A DNA stretch of 32,000 bases from Candidatus Electronema aureum (GCA_004284765.1 NQJD01000024.1:1-32000); one strand, 5' to 3'; positions 17,363-25,839 are shown, numbered from the stretch's first letter. Made by a program: numbers and translations. Notes: a model not told the origin generated them from the letters alone.

Positions 17363-17439
17363 GCGCCCGTAGCTCAACTGGATAGAGCATCGGACTTCGA
17401 ATCCGAGGGTCGGGGGTTCAAATCCCTCCGGGCGCACCA
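17363..17439 (+). tRNA. tRNA-Arg (anticodon TCG), CCA encoded
   Basis: Hand-folded cloverleaf: acceptor GCGCCCG/CGGGCGC, D arm GCTC-AACTGGATA-GAGC, anticodon arm TCGGA-CTTCGAA-TCCGA, variable loop GGGTC, T arm GGGGG-TTCAAAT-CCCTC, then ACCA. 77 nt. Confidence 0.9.
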
Positions 17440-17663
17440 GTTGTTTCATTCTGCGGTTTCTCTTCCTTGCAGTAAATCCTTCCCTGTCTGTATTTCTCAA
17501 CGCCTTGACAAATACCAACGAACGTATCAGCAGCAGACTGTTTCCTTCCACCTTCATCCTCCACGTAAGTTCAAAGCACACAGCTCTCTTGCCGATGTGC
17601 GCAAAGTGCTGTAATCTTACCGCAGGCGAGACGGAAAGAGGAAAATGGCACAAGGTGGAGCTG

Positions 17664-18236
17664 ATGAATGAAGCGGATGCGCGGAGGACTGGACTAATTG
17701 TGCTGACCGGTTTCCGCGCTACCGGCAAAACAGCGGTTGGCCGACTTTTAGCCCAGCTTTGTGGCTATGAGTTTGCCGACACCGACGCGATGCTAATCAA
17801 ACGCATGGGCTGCTCTATCGCTGAGGCAATTGCCCAGCAAGGTTGGCAGTATTTCCGAGAGCAGGAGCGGCTTTTGCTGGTTGAGCTGGCTTCTTGGCGA
17901 AACACAGTGATTGCCACGGGCGGCGGCGCGATTCTTCATCAGCAAGAATGGGAGCTGCTGCGCAAGCAGGCCTTCGTGATTTGGCTGCGGACAGAGTTGG
18001 CAAGCACGTTAGCCCGCTTGCGGCAGGATGAAAACACTGCCGGGCAGCGGCCTGCGCTGCCATGTCAGGCATCAGGGCAGGGCTTGGAGGCGGAGACCGC
18101 TGCTCTGCTTGCCGAGCGCGAGCCGCTGTATCAGGCCGGTTCGGATGTGGTGGTTGAGACGGCGGAGAGAACAGCAGGGGAAGTGGCAGAGGCTGTATGC
18201 TCCCGCATAGGCTTGAAGCAATTCAATAAAAACTGA
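17664..18236 (+). CDS. aroK: Shikimate kinase
   Basis: LIVLTGFRATGKTAVGRLLA (Walker A), a DTD motif and GGGAIL. The start at 17664 has GGTGGAG 4 nt upstream. The longer track ORF begins in non-coding-looking sequence. Confidence 0.85.
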   Translation: MNEADARRTGLIVLTGFRATGKTAVGRLLAQLCGYEFADTDAMLIKRMGCSIAEAIAQQGWQYFREQERLLLVELASWRNTVIATGGGAILHQQEWELLRKQAFVIWLRTELASTLARLRQDENTAGQRPALPCQASGQGLEAETAALLAEREPLYQAGSDVVVETAERTAGEVAEAVCSRIGLKQFNKN

Positions 18237-18249
18237 TTAAATCAATCAA

Positions 18250-18849
18250 ATGGAAATTATTGCTTATGGAGAAGATGCTCTTACCTTATGGGCATTGAAA
18301 GAAAAACTCCCTGAGATTCTTGAATTACTGGATGACGATTCTAACCCCGCTGACTGTCAAATATTTTACCGGCCCAGTTTTGGACGTGGCGGTCGTAGCA
18401 AGAAGATGTTTGGCGAATTTGACTTTATTCTATTGGCAACGAAGACGCTTTATCTTGGAGAAAGCAAATGGAAGGGATCAAATGAGAAAATTAAAAATAA
18501 TATTTTACAATTGCAACCTAATCAGGAGCAAAGACATAGGGTATTCAAATGTTATGTCAATGAATGGGCTTTCGGAAATTATCTAAGCTGGCATAAGTTC
18601 AAGGGCGAAAAACAAGAATTTTTTGGTGTCGAAATTCCAAATGATAACGATGGAATTGCTAGAAATTTACAAACGTTGCTCGGTATAATCAAAAAACATT
18701 TTACATCAGAGCCTGTTGTAAACAACGTACTGCTTTTCCTTCACGATGACACTGGGAAAATTCCTCAGAAAGCAAGTAGCGACTTTATTGTCGTGCCGAT
18801 AGATTATTCAGAAGCATCTTTTGACAATTTCATTCGGCTCAAGCTGTAG
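18250..18849 (+). CDS. Hypothetical protein with a PD-(D/E)xK / NERD-like nuclease motif, encoded on an AT-rich insert
   Basis: 199 aa. YGEDALT (E8) ... GEFDFILLATKTLYLGESKW gives D58-x12-E71-S-K73, the spacing seen in PD-(D/E)xK/NERD cores. The base composition differs strongly from the flanking aroK and aroC. Confidence 0.6.
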   Translation: MEIIAYGEDALTLWALKEKLPEILELLDDDSNPADCQIFYRPSFGRGGRSKKMFGEFDFILLATKTLYLGESKWKGSNEKIKNNILQLQPNQEQRHRVFKCYVNEWAFGNYLSWHKFKGEKQEFFGVEIPNDNDGIARNLQTLLGIIKKHFTSEPVVNNVLLFLHDDTGKIPQKASSDFIVVPIDYSEASFDNFIRLKL

Positions 18850-18886
18850 CTCCGCCGAACAGATAACTATTTGACATTGCAACATC

Positions 18887-19969
18887 ATGGCAGGAAACAC
18901 CTTCGGCACCCTGTTTAGGGTAACAACATGGGGCGAGTCCCACGGCACTGCACTTGGCGCGGTCATTGACGGCTGTCCTCCGGGCATCGATCTGACCCCA
19001 GAAGTAATTCAGCAAGAGTTAGAGCGCAGGCGGCCCGGCAAAGGCGGCGCGACCTCGCCCCGGCAGGAGCCGGACAAGGTTGAGATCATGTCCGGCATCT
19101 TTCAGCCGGACGGCGCGGCCTGCCCGAAAACCACCGGCACGCCTATTTCTCTGGTTATCTTCAACAAGGACGCGCATTCCAAATCCTACAGCGATTTGCA
19201 GGAGATATTCCGACCCGGCCACGGCGATTTCAGCTACCAAGCCAAGTACGGCATCCGCGACCACCGGGGCGGCGGGCGGGCTTCGGCGCGGGAGACAGCG
19301 GCGCGAGTAGCGGCGGGCGCGGTTGCCAAACAACTCCTCAACAAGTACAATATAAGCGTTTTGGCGTACACGGTGGCCCTCGGCGGCATCCGAGCAGAAG
19401 AGCGCGATCTTGCGGTGATCAACGAGAACAGCCTCTTCTGCCCTGATAGCGCGGCTGCCGTGCGCATGGAGGAACGGATTGCCGAGGTACGAGAGCAGGG
19501 CGATACGCTCGGCGGCATAGTCGAGATTCGCGCCACCTGTCCCGCTGGGCTGGGCGAGCCGGTCTTTGACAAGCTCGACGGCGAGTTAGCCCGTGCCTTG
19601 ATGTCCATCGGCGCGGTGAAAGGCGTGGAAATTGGTGCAGGCTTCCGGGCGGCAGTAATGCTCGGCTCGGAGAACAACGACCCGCTCACGCCGGATGGCT
19701 TTCGCAGCAACAACGCGGGCGGCATACTCGCCGGAGTCAGCAGCGGCCAGGAGCTGATCATGCGGGTGGCGGTCAAGCCGATTCCCTCCATCCGCAAGGA
19801 GCAGCAGACCGTCAACCTGCGCAACGAGCAGGTGACAATCAGGGTTGGAGGCCGCCACGACATTTCCGCCATTCCGCGCATCATCCCGGTCTGTGAGGCG
19901 ATGGTGCGGCTGGTCTTGGCCGATCAGCTCTTGCGGCAGCAAGCAATGCGCGGGCTGCAAACATTCTAA
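18887..19969 (+). CDS. aroC: Chorismate synthase
   Basis: MAGNTFGTLFRVTTWGESHG..., RPGHGD, GGGRASARETA. Full length is 360 aa. Confidence 0.95.
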   Translation: MAGNTFGTLFRVTTWGESHGTALGAVIDGCPPGIDLTPEVIQQELERRRPGKGGATSPRQEPDKVEIMSGIFQPDGAACPKTTGTPISLVIFNKDAHSKSYSDLQEIFRPGHGDFSYQAKYGIRDHRGGGRASARETAARVAAGAVAKQLLNKYNISVLAYTVALGGIRAEERDLAVINENSLFCPDSAAAVRMEERIAEVREQGDTLGGIVEIRATCPAGLGEPVFDKLDGELARALMSIGAVKGVEIGAGFRAAVMLGSENNDPLTPDGFRSNNAGGILAGVSSGQELIMRVAVKPIPSIRKEQQTVNLRNEQVTIRVGGRHDISAIPRIIPVCEAMVRLVLADQLLRQQAMRGLQTF

Positions 19970-19983
19970 GGAATACGAGAACT

Positions 19984-21615
19984 GTGAACCTACCAAAAGA
20001 GAGAAAGATACAGCGCGTCCTGATGGTCGCCCGTGAATACGACGGGTTGGCCGGAGCAGGCGGAGTAAAGGATGTCTGCCGTCAGCTTGCCGAGGCATTA
20101 GCCCAGCACGCAGATTGTGACGTGCGGGTCGCGCTGCCGCTCTACGGCTTCATGGATGCAGCAGCCTTGGGCTTTGAGCAGGTGACACTGCCTTGCCGAG
20201 ACGCGAGCGGTAAGCCCTCGCTATCCTTTGAGGTCAATATGCACTATCCGGGTCGCGAGCGGCTGGAGGAAGTCGGCATCTGGCAGAAACGCATCCAAGG
20301 AGTCACGATCTATCTGCTCGACTCCAAACGCTTTGCCGAGAAGCACGGTGTCTATACCTACACCGCAGCGGAGGAGGTGGACAAGAGCTGGCAGCAGGCC
20401 GGAGCCGGGCACTATGACTACTTCGCGATGAACATCTTGCTCCAGAAAGCTGCCTTAGCTATGCTGATTCTGCTCGATTTTCGGCCAGATATCATCCATT
20501 GCCACGACGGCCACGCTGCTGTCTTGCCTGCGATGCTGCGGGAGAACGAGGGCTGGCGAAACTTCTTTTGCTGCACCGGGGCAGTGGTGACGATTCATAA
20601 CGCTGGGCTTGGCTATCACCAAGAAGTAGCGGACATCGAGTTTGCTGAGGCGGTCACTGGCCTACCTACGTCGGTAATCCGCGCTGGTATGTTCAATAGC
20701 TGCTTTGATCCCTTTGCCGTGGCCGCTGGCTATGCGGTCATCAATACGGTCAGTGAGAACTACGCCCGCGAGCTGCAAAAGAGCGAAGAAGACAGCCGCA
20801 CCGGTTGGCTCGGCCATCATCTTCTCCGCAAAGGCGTAACCTTAGCAGGCATCACCAACGGCATCAACCCAGAAGATTTCAATCCACGTGCGCCGGAGAA
20901 GCTGGGCTTAGACGCAGTCTTTGACCCAGCAACCGGCGAGCTATCTGGCAAGCAAGTCTGCAAGGAACGGCTGCTTGCTGCTTGCGGTACAGAACACAAC
21001 TGGCTGCGGGTGGTGCAGCACGGCAGTCTGAACTTAGAGCCAAACCTGCCCCTCTTCACCTTTATTGGCAGACTGACCGCGCAGAAAGGAGTAGATGTCC
21101 TGCTCAAGGCTCTGATTCTGCTTGCTGCCACCGGTGAGACTGGCTTTCAGATGCTGCTGCTTGGTAGCGGTGAGAAGTATCTGGAAGAACACCTTGAGGA
21201 AATGGCCGGTGCTGAGAGTGAAGAAAGCGAAAGCAGGCGGCTCTGCTTCTTGCAAGGCTACGACCCAGCTTTGGCCAACCGGATTTACGCTGCCGGTGAT
21301 TTCTTCCTCATCCCTTCCCTCTACGAACCCTGCGGCCTGACCGACTACATTGCCCAGCTCTTTGGCAACCTGCCGATAGTGCATCAGGTCGGTGGCTTGG
21401 TTAAGGTTATGGATAAGGAGACTGGCTTTGCCTATCAAGAACACGCACCAGAGGCCTTAGCAACCGCCATGCAGCAGGCTTTGCTGCTTTATCGCCACGA
21501 CCGCGCCAAGCTGATCGCCATGCAGCGGGCTGCGGTAGAGCGTATCCGCAACCGCCATACCTGGGAGCAGGTAACACAAGACTACCTTTCCCTGTACCGA
21601 CAGGCTCTGCGCTAA
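19984..21615 (+). CDS. glgA: Glycogen/starch synthase-like glycosyltransferase (GT5)
   Basis: GTG start. GLAGAGGVKDV (variant of KTGGLGDV), ITNGIN, FIGRLTAQKG and PSLYEPCGLTDYIAQ are typical GlgA motifs. At 543 aa it is longer than the enterobacterial GlgA. Confidence 0.8.
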   Translation: MNLPKERKIQRVLMVAREYDGLAGAGGVKDVCRQLAEALAQHADCDVRVALPLYGFMDAAALGFEQVTLPCRDASGKPSLSFEVNMHYPGRERLEEVGIWQKRIQGVTIYLLDSKRFAEKHGVYTYTAAEEVDKSWQQAGAGHYDYFAMNILLQKAALAMLILLDFRPDIIHCHDGHAAVLPAMLRENEGWRNFFCCTGAVVTIHNAGLGYHQEVADIEFAEAVTGLPTSVIRAGMFNSCFDPFAVAAGYAVINTVSENYARELQKSEEDSRTGWLGHHLLRKGVTLAGITNGINPEDFNPRAPEKLGLDAVFDPATGELSGKQVCKERLLAACGTEHNWLRVVQHGSLNLEPNLPLFTFIGRLTAQKGVDVLLKALILLAATGETGFQMLLLGSGEKYLEEHLEEMAGAESEESESRRLCFLQGYDPALANRIYAAGDFFLIPSLYEPCGLTDYIAQLFGNLPIVHQVGGLVKVMDKETGFAYQEHAPEALATAMQQALLLYRHDRAKLIAMQRAAVERIRNRHTWEQVTQDYLSLYRQALR

Positions 21616-21622
21616 AGGCACG

Positions 21623-22483
21623 TTGATGGTACATCTCAGTCGCCAGCGCGTCACTTGGTTTGATCGGCATCGGGACTTCTTTGTCCGCCAAGTCTTTGCT
21701 GACTTCTTCAACCTGATGTATTCCTTTCAGGAACTCTATCATTCCTACTGCACCTGCCGCACCACCCGACGCGGCGAAGCCTGCTGTCTGCTCATCCGCA
21801 GTGAGGAACAGGCGCAATGCAGCATCTGGGATCAGTTGTCAGTGATGGTCGGCACGGAGATAGAGAAAGGACCGATCTGGCTGCTGAAAGACCTCTGCCA
21901 GCAGATATGGCCAGAGGGTGGGCAGGGGAGGAAGATTGAGGACTCGCTGATGGACTGGTTAGTCGGCTCCATCTTTCACGAGGCGATGAAGCTCAAAGAG
22001 GACGTGCATATCCTCAACAGCTACGGCTCGGCATCCTTTTGGAACAGTGCCCCGGAACCGATCTCTCGCCTGACCCGGATCATTGACCGCAAGGGACTGA
22101 TTCAGCGGGTGGCTGTGGATGTCGTGCGACAGATGGAACAGTTAGCCATGCTTTTTGGTCAAACCAGCAACATGCTCCGCACCATGCTGCCGGTGCTGGC
22201 GGACAACATCCTGTTAGTGCGCTTTCTGGTAGAGCGCGAGGATTTGGTTGAACATCTCTGGAGCGAGGAACTGACCTCGGTCTTTCAGGACATGTTCGGC
22301 AGGCCGAGCCAAGGCTTCTGCGCCGCTGGCAAGAGCTACATGAGTGGCCAGTGGTACACCCGTGCTTTAGTCATGTACCGCCGCGCCTTAGAAGTAGACA
22401 ATAGCAATACCGAGGCAGCAACCAAGGTGGAGGAGCTGCAACAGCTCATCCAAAAGACTGGCAGCTACTTCGGCGCGGCGTAG
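21623..22483 (+). CDS. Hypothetical protein (no family recognised); exact start uncertain
   Basis: 286-aa ORF starting 7 nt after the glgA stop. The composition is protein-like, with a Cys cluster (CTCRTTRRGEACC) near the N-terminus and a TPR-like C-terminal helix pair (WYTRALVMYRRALEVD). Confidence 0.5.
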   Translation: MMVHLSRQRVTWFDRHRDFFVRQVFADFFNLMYSFQELYHSYCTCRTTRRGEACCLLIRSEEQAQCSIWDQLSVMVGTEIEKGPIWLLKDLCQQIWPEGGQGRKIEDSLMDWLVGSIFHEAMKLKEDVHILNSYGSASFWNSAPEPISRLTRIIDRKGLIQRVAVDVVRQMEQLAMLFGQTSNMLRTMLPVLADNILLVRFLVEREDLVEHLWSEELTSVFQDMFGRPSQGFCAAGKSYMSGQWYTRALVMYRRALEVDNSNTEAATKVEELQQLIQKTGSYFGAA

Positions 22484-22531
22484 TCTTTACGCGCCGTCTT
22501 CCTCCTTCATAAAACCCGTTCACTGAGATCC

Positions 22532-22559
22532 GTAAGGTCACAGCGCGACGTGATCTTAC
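22532..22559 (+). terminator. Stem-loop GTAAGGTCAC-agcgcgac-GTGATCTTAC downstream of the 21623-22483 gene
   Basis: 10-bp stem with one G-U. The ends resemble the GTAAGG...CTTAC hairpin family. There is no U-run. Confidence 0.3.
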
Positions 22560-22805
22560 TATTCAACAGTCATGACTGAAGAGTTCCGCTTTCTGACGCG
22601 TCAGTTCCTTGCAGAATAATGTAAGATGCCCGTTGTCAAATGGACAGGGCTTACCTGCTCATAGTAAGCACCAGCATAGCTCCGCCAAGCGAGGTGGTCG
22701 GTGTCTTCCAGCAGCGCGGGGTGAGGGCTGGCAGGCGGAACTCAACGCCGTGCTTCAGCGGCATGTTGATGCCAAGCAGACGGCATGACAGAAAAGCGGA
22801 TGAAT

Positions 22806-22825
22806 GGGCGGTTCGCGAACCGCCC
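22806..22825 (-). terminator. Perfect 20-bp palindrome GGGCGGTTCG/CGAACCGCCC abutting the stop of the TPR gene
   Basis: It lies immediately 3' of the stop codon (22826-22828). The right flank reads GCCCTTAC, as in the hairpin family (extended element 22802-22828). Confidence 0.5.
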
Positions 22826-24430
22826 TTACTCCCCCGCCAGCTTTTTCTTCATGTATTCGTAATTCCCCTCCATCACATCAATGTCTGGATGGTCGCCGGG
22901 AAATTTCTTCTTCATGACAGCGATGGCGCGTTCAAACATCTCCGCTGCTTCTTGGTATTTTTCCTGCTTGTAATATAGCGCGGCCAGATTGTTCAGGGTA
23001 GTCGCTACGTCAGGATGGTCTTTGCCAAGGGATTTCTCGGAAATCTCCAGATCACGCTTGTACAGCGGCTCGGCTTCCTCGTACCGGCCCTGCTGCCTAT
23101 ACAGTCCGCCCAGATTGTTCAGGGTTGTCGCCACGTCAGGATGGTCTTTGCCAAGGGATTTTTCCTTGATCTCCAGCGAACGCCTGAACAGCGGCTCCGC
23201 TTCAGCGTACCGGCCCTGCGCTTTATACAGCAAGGCCAGATTGTTCAGGGCAGCCGCCACATGCGGGTGTTCCTTTCCGAGAGATTTTTCAACTATCTCC
23301 AGCGAACGCTTGTACAGCGGCTCCGCTTCAGCGTATTTTCCCTGCGATTCGTATAATCCGGCCAGATTGTTCAGGGTTGTCGCCACGTCAGGATGGTCTT
23401 TGCCAAGGGATTTCTCGGAAATCTCCAGCGAACGCTTGTACAGCGGCTCGGCTTCAGCGTAACGGCCCTGCGATCCATACAGCTCGGCCAGATTGTTCAG
23501 GGCAGCAGCTACATTTAGATGGTCTTTTCCCTGATATTTTTCCGCTATCGCAAGAGCGTGCTGATATAATGGCTCTACTTTTTTGTATCGTCCTTGTTCC
23601 TGATAAATTATTGCTAATGAATTTAGGATAGTGCCGAGCTTAACATCTTCCTTTCCATCCTTCTCCCGGATTTGCAGCAGCCGTTCCAGCCATTCCTGGG
23701 CATGACCGTAATCGCCCAGCGTGCGGGCCATCTTCCCAGCAGCCAGCAAATAGTCCGGGTTGTCCTCCTCCAGCGTCACAGCCTTCTTGTACTGGCGCAT
23801 GGCCTTGGCGTAATCAATGCGGCCCTCGGCAAGCTGCCCACCTTGGTAGTTGGCAAGGGCGACAGCTTTGCCTTCCTTGTCCGCCACCTCGTCAAAAATT
23901 TGCTCCGCCGCTTTGGTGTCGCCTTTCGCCAGCCGCAGCTTGGCCTCGGCAATCCGCGCAGCAGGCAATTGCCCCTTCAGCTCGTCCAAAGCCTTCTCCG
24001 CAGCCTTGAGCAGGGCCAGCTTCTCCTCGTAGCTCTTTTGGAAATCGGCCAGCCGCTCCTCCAAGACTTTCGCCTTCTGCTCCAGCAGGCCGCGTTCCTC
24101 AGCGGCAAGGCCGGGAGCCTGCATTTCCTTGGCCGCTATCCGCAGCTCCTCCTGAAGCATCTGCCGGTATTCCTCCTTGCTCAGGCTGATGCCGCTGCCC
24201 GCCGCTGGCGTGGCCTTCCAGCTCAGGGCAAATCCGCCGATCATCGCCATTGCCGCGAGGAGGAAGAGCAGAATCATCCCCCAGCGCAGCAGCGGCGCGA
24301 TCAGCGGGCCGGTCAGCTTCTTGCTGTTCAGAAACAGCGGCCTGATGATCAGGGCGAAAACAAACAGTCCGAAGCCCGCCAAGACTAACGGATGCTGCAA
24401 ATGGCTTATCCACTCATTCATATTGTTCAT
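22826..24430 (-). CDS. Membrane-anchored TPR protein with tandem 42-aa (TPR_12/kinesin-light-chain-like) repeats
   Basis: There are two N-terminal hydrophobic segments and a coiled-coil-like region. At least 5 near-identical units then follow, of the form LYKRSLEI.EKSLGKDHPDVATTLNNLAGLY..QG.Y.EAEP. Confidence 0.85.
   Translation of the reverse strand: MNNMNEWISHLQHPLVLAGFGLFVFALIIRPLFLNSKKLTGPLIAPLLRWGMILLFLLAAMAMIGGFALSWKATPAAGSGISLSKEEYRQMLQEELRIAAKEMQAPGLAAEERGLLEQKAKVLEERLADFQKSYEEKLALLKAAEKALDELKGQLPAARIAEAKLRLAKGDTKAAEQIFDEVADKEGKAVALANYQGGQLAEGRIDYAKAMRQYKKAVTLEEDNPDYLLAAGKMARTLGDYGHAQEWLERLLQIREKDGKEDVKLGTILNSLAIIYQEQGRYKKVEPLYQHALAIAEKYQGKDHLNVAAALNNLAELYGSQGRYAEAEPLYKRSLEISEKSLGKDHPDVATTLNNLAGLYESQGKYAEAEPLYKRSLEIVEKSLGKEHPHVAAALNNLALLYKAQGRYAEAEPLFRRSLEIKEKSLGKDHPDVATTLNNLGGLYRQQGRYEEAEPLYKRDLEISEKSLGKDHPDVATTLNNLAALYYKQEKYQEAAEMFERAIAVMKKKFPGDHPDIDVMEGNYEYMKKKLAGE
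22987..23616. repeat. Five tandem 126-bp DNA repeats (coding, inside the TPR gene), plus a degenerate sixth
   Basis: GATTGTTCAGGG recurs at 22987, 23113, 23239, 23365 and 23491, exactly 126 bp apart. Units 1, 2 and 4 are almost identical over their first ~50 nt. Confidence 0.9.
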
Positions 24431-24627
24431 GGGCCGTCCTCCTCCTGCGGCGGTGAATTGCTTCGCTGATGCCGCATCTTAACCGGTCGGCAGGGAGAAA
24501 TCACGCGGGTTTTCGGCGGACTGAAGATTGTCGCGGCGTACCTATCCCAGATTCAGGAGGAGGCTAAGGCAATGGTGAGGCTGATCTGAGATGAAATGCT
24601 GGGCGAAATGATTTGATCAACGGGGCA

Positions 24628-24656
24628 GCAGCGGTCTTTTGCACATAGACCGCTGC
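24628..24656 (-). terminator. Stem-loop GCAGCGGTC-N11-GACCGCTGC downstream of the OMP gene
   Basis: Perfect 9-bp stem 24 nt past the stop at 24680. No clear U-run. Confidence 0.35.
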
Positions 24657-24679
24657 GTTGTTCTCAACAAGAGACAGAA

Positions 24680-25321
24680 TTAGAAAGAAGCTCTGATGCC
24701 ACCATAGACATTATGGCTGGAATAGTCAAACTCAGCACTCTCAATATTGTCATCAAGCTCTAAATCAATTGCTGCAAAGTAGCGATACTTGAGATCGAGA
24801 GCCAGATTGTAGTTGAGCGCATAGCTGAATCCGCCGCCGACCTGATAGGCCATTGCAGTGCCGTCAGCTTCACCAGGAATGTCTTCACCTCCAATTGCAA
24901 TATCACTAAGTTCTACCTTGGTCAAGCCAATGCCTGCACTGACAAAGGGAGTCAGCGAGCTGATATTGGTGAAGTCATAATATCCGTTGAGCAGACCTGA
25001 TTGACTTTTAATCTCGCCTGATGCCTTCGCACTCAAGCCTGTTCCCTTGATATTGACTTGGTCAAGATCATTCTGCTGATAGGCTAACTCAGTCTCCATC
25101 CTGAAATTGGCACCAAAATCATAGCCAAGGGCAGCAGTCAGGGCAATGCCTGGATCGGTGTCAAACTCAATGGTGCCTTCACTAAATTTCATATCTGCAT
25201 CATTGAGGGTGGCCATTCCACCGCTGATGCTCGCATACGGCCCCATCACCGCGCTTTGAGCGGCAGAAGCAAGGGACAGTAGGGCAGCGCAACCAACGAA
25301 CATCACAGCATGTTTTTTCAT
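24680..25321 (-). CDS. Outer-membrane beta-barrel protein (OmpA-like/porin-family 8-10-strand barrel)
   Basis: Signal peptide MKKHAVMFVGCAALLSLASAAQSA, alternating hydrophobic strands with Gly/Tyr girdle residues, and a C-terminal ...GGIRASF (terminal Phe). GGAGGA RBS. Confidence 0.8.
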   Translation of the reverse strand: MKKHAVMFVGCAALLSLASAAQSAVMGPYASISGGMATLNDADMKFSEGTIEFDTDPGIALTAALGYDFGANFRMETELAYQQNDLDQVNIKGTGLSAKASGEIKSQSGLLNGYYDFTNISSLTPFVSAGIGLTKVELSDIAIGGEDIPGEADGTAMAYQVGGGFSYALNYNLALDLKYRYFAAIDLELDDNIESAEFDYSSHNVYGGIRASF

Positions 25322-25407
25322 CGTAGTCCTCCAGTGTTATATATATCTTGCTGATTTCAGCTTGTTCCTGAAAAGTTCAGCCGCAGCCTTTCTTTCCAAG
25401 CTCTCCT

Positions 25408-25839
25408 CTAAACTGAAATAAACTCTTCTTTAAGCATGTTGTCAATGCAATCAAGCACAAATTGCCGCTGAATTGGTGTCGCCCACGCAATACAGGAGCA
25501 GTGCATGTTGTGCGAGCTGCGCACCAAAAATTCCGCACGCAGCTCGGTTTTCTCCAACATCACAGTGAAATAGAAAGGGCCGCAGTTGGGGTGAGCAAGT
25601 TGCGGCGGTGCTAACACATCCTGCGGCACTTCAAGCCAATACACTCCGGCAAGCGGGCCAGACTTGAGGGTGCGCTTGAGATAACTGTCTATGTTGTCGC
25701 GTTCCAAGAAAGAAAGCTCATCGATAAGATATTGGCGCATAGCAGCGGTCAGTCTGAACATTGAAGGTTGATTGCCATTTTTCTTTGTCGCGCTGTCAAT
25801 GCGTTGAGGCAGACAGATACTGCGTTTTCCGCTTGGCAT
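25408..25839 (-). CDS. Hypothetical protein (alternative start at 25761, MFRLTAAMRQ)
   Basis: 143-aa ORF divergent from hpt with protein-like composition. No motif recognised. Confidence 0.5.
   Translation of the reverse strand: MPSGKRSICLPQRIDSATKKNGNQPSMFRLTAAMRQYLIDELSFLERDNIDSYLKRTLKSGPLAGVYWLEVPQDVLAPPQLAHPNCGPFYFTVMLEKTELRAEFLVRSSHNMHCSCIAWATPIQRQFVLDCIDNMLKEEFISV

Noticed and set aside
17282-17728. 148-aa minus-strand ORF and 89-aa plus-strand ORF covering 17345-17614.
   Set aside because: Both overlap the well-folded tRNA-Arg gene and its flanks, so they are spurious.
17363-18886. tRNA-Arg as an integration site for the AT-rich segment at 18237-18886.
   Set aside because: No duplicated tRNA 3' end (att-like repeat) is visible near 18237 or 18886. 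No integrase is present. A native-composition aroK lies between the tRNA and the insert.
22484-22805. A 320-nt non-coding gap with short open frames on the minus strand (for example …LEDTDHLAWRSYAGAYYEQVSPVHLTTGILHYSARN*) that might be a gene remnant, plus the 112-aa plus-strand ORF 22640-22978.
   Set aside because: No start codon or RBS context and no recognisable motif. The frames are interrupted by stops, and the plus-strand ORF runs into and antisense to the TPR gene. I cannot distinguish a decayed pseudogene from chance.
22987-23616. Regularly spaced repeats that could be mistaken for a CRISPR array.
   Set aside because: The units are contiguous 126-bp repeats with no spacers. They lie in frame within a 534-aa ORF and encode TPR units.
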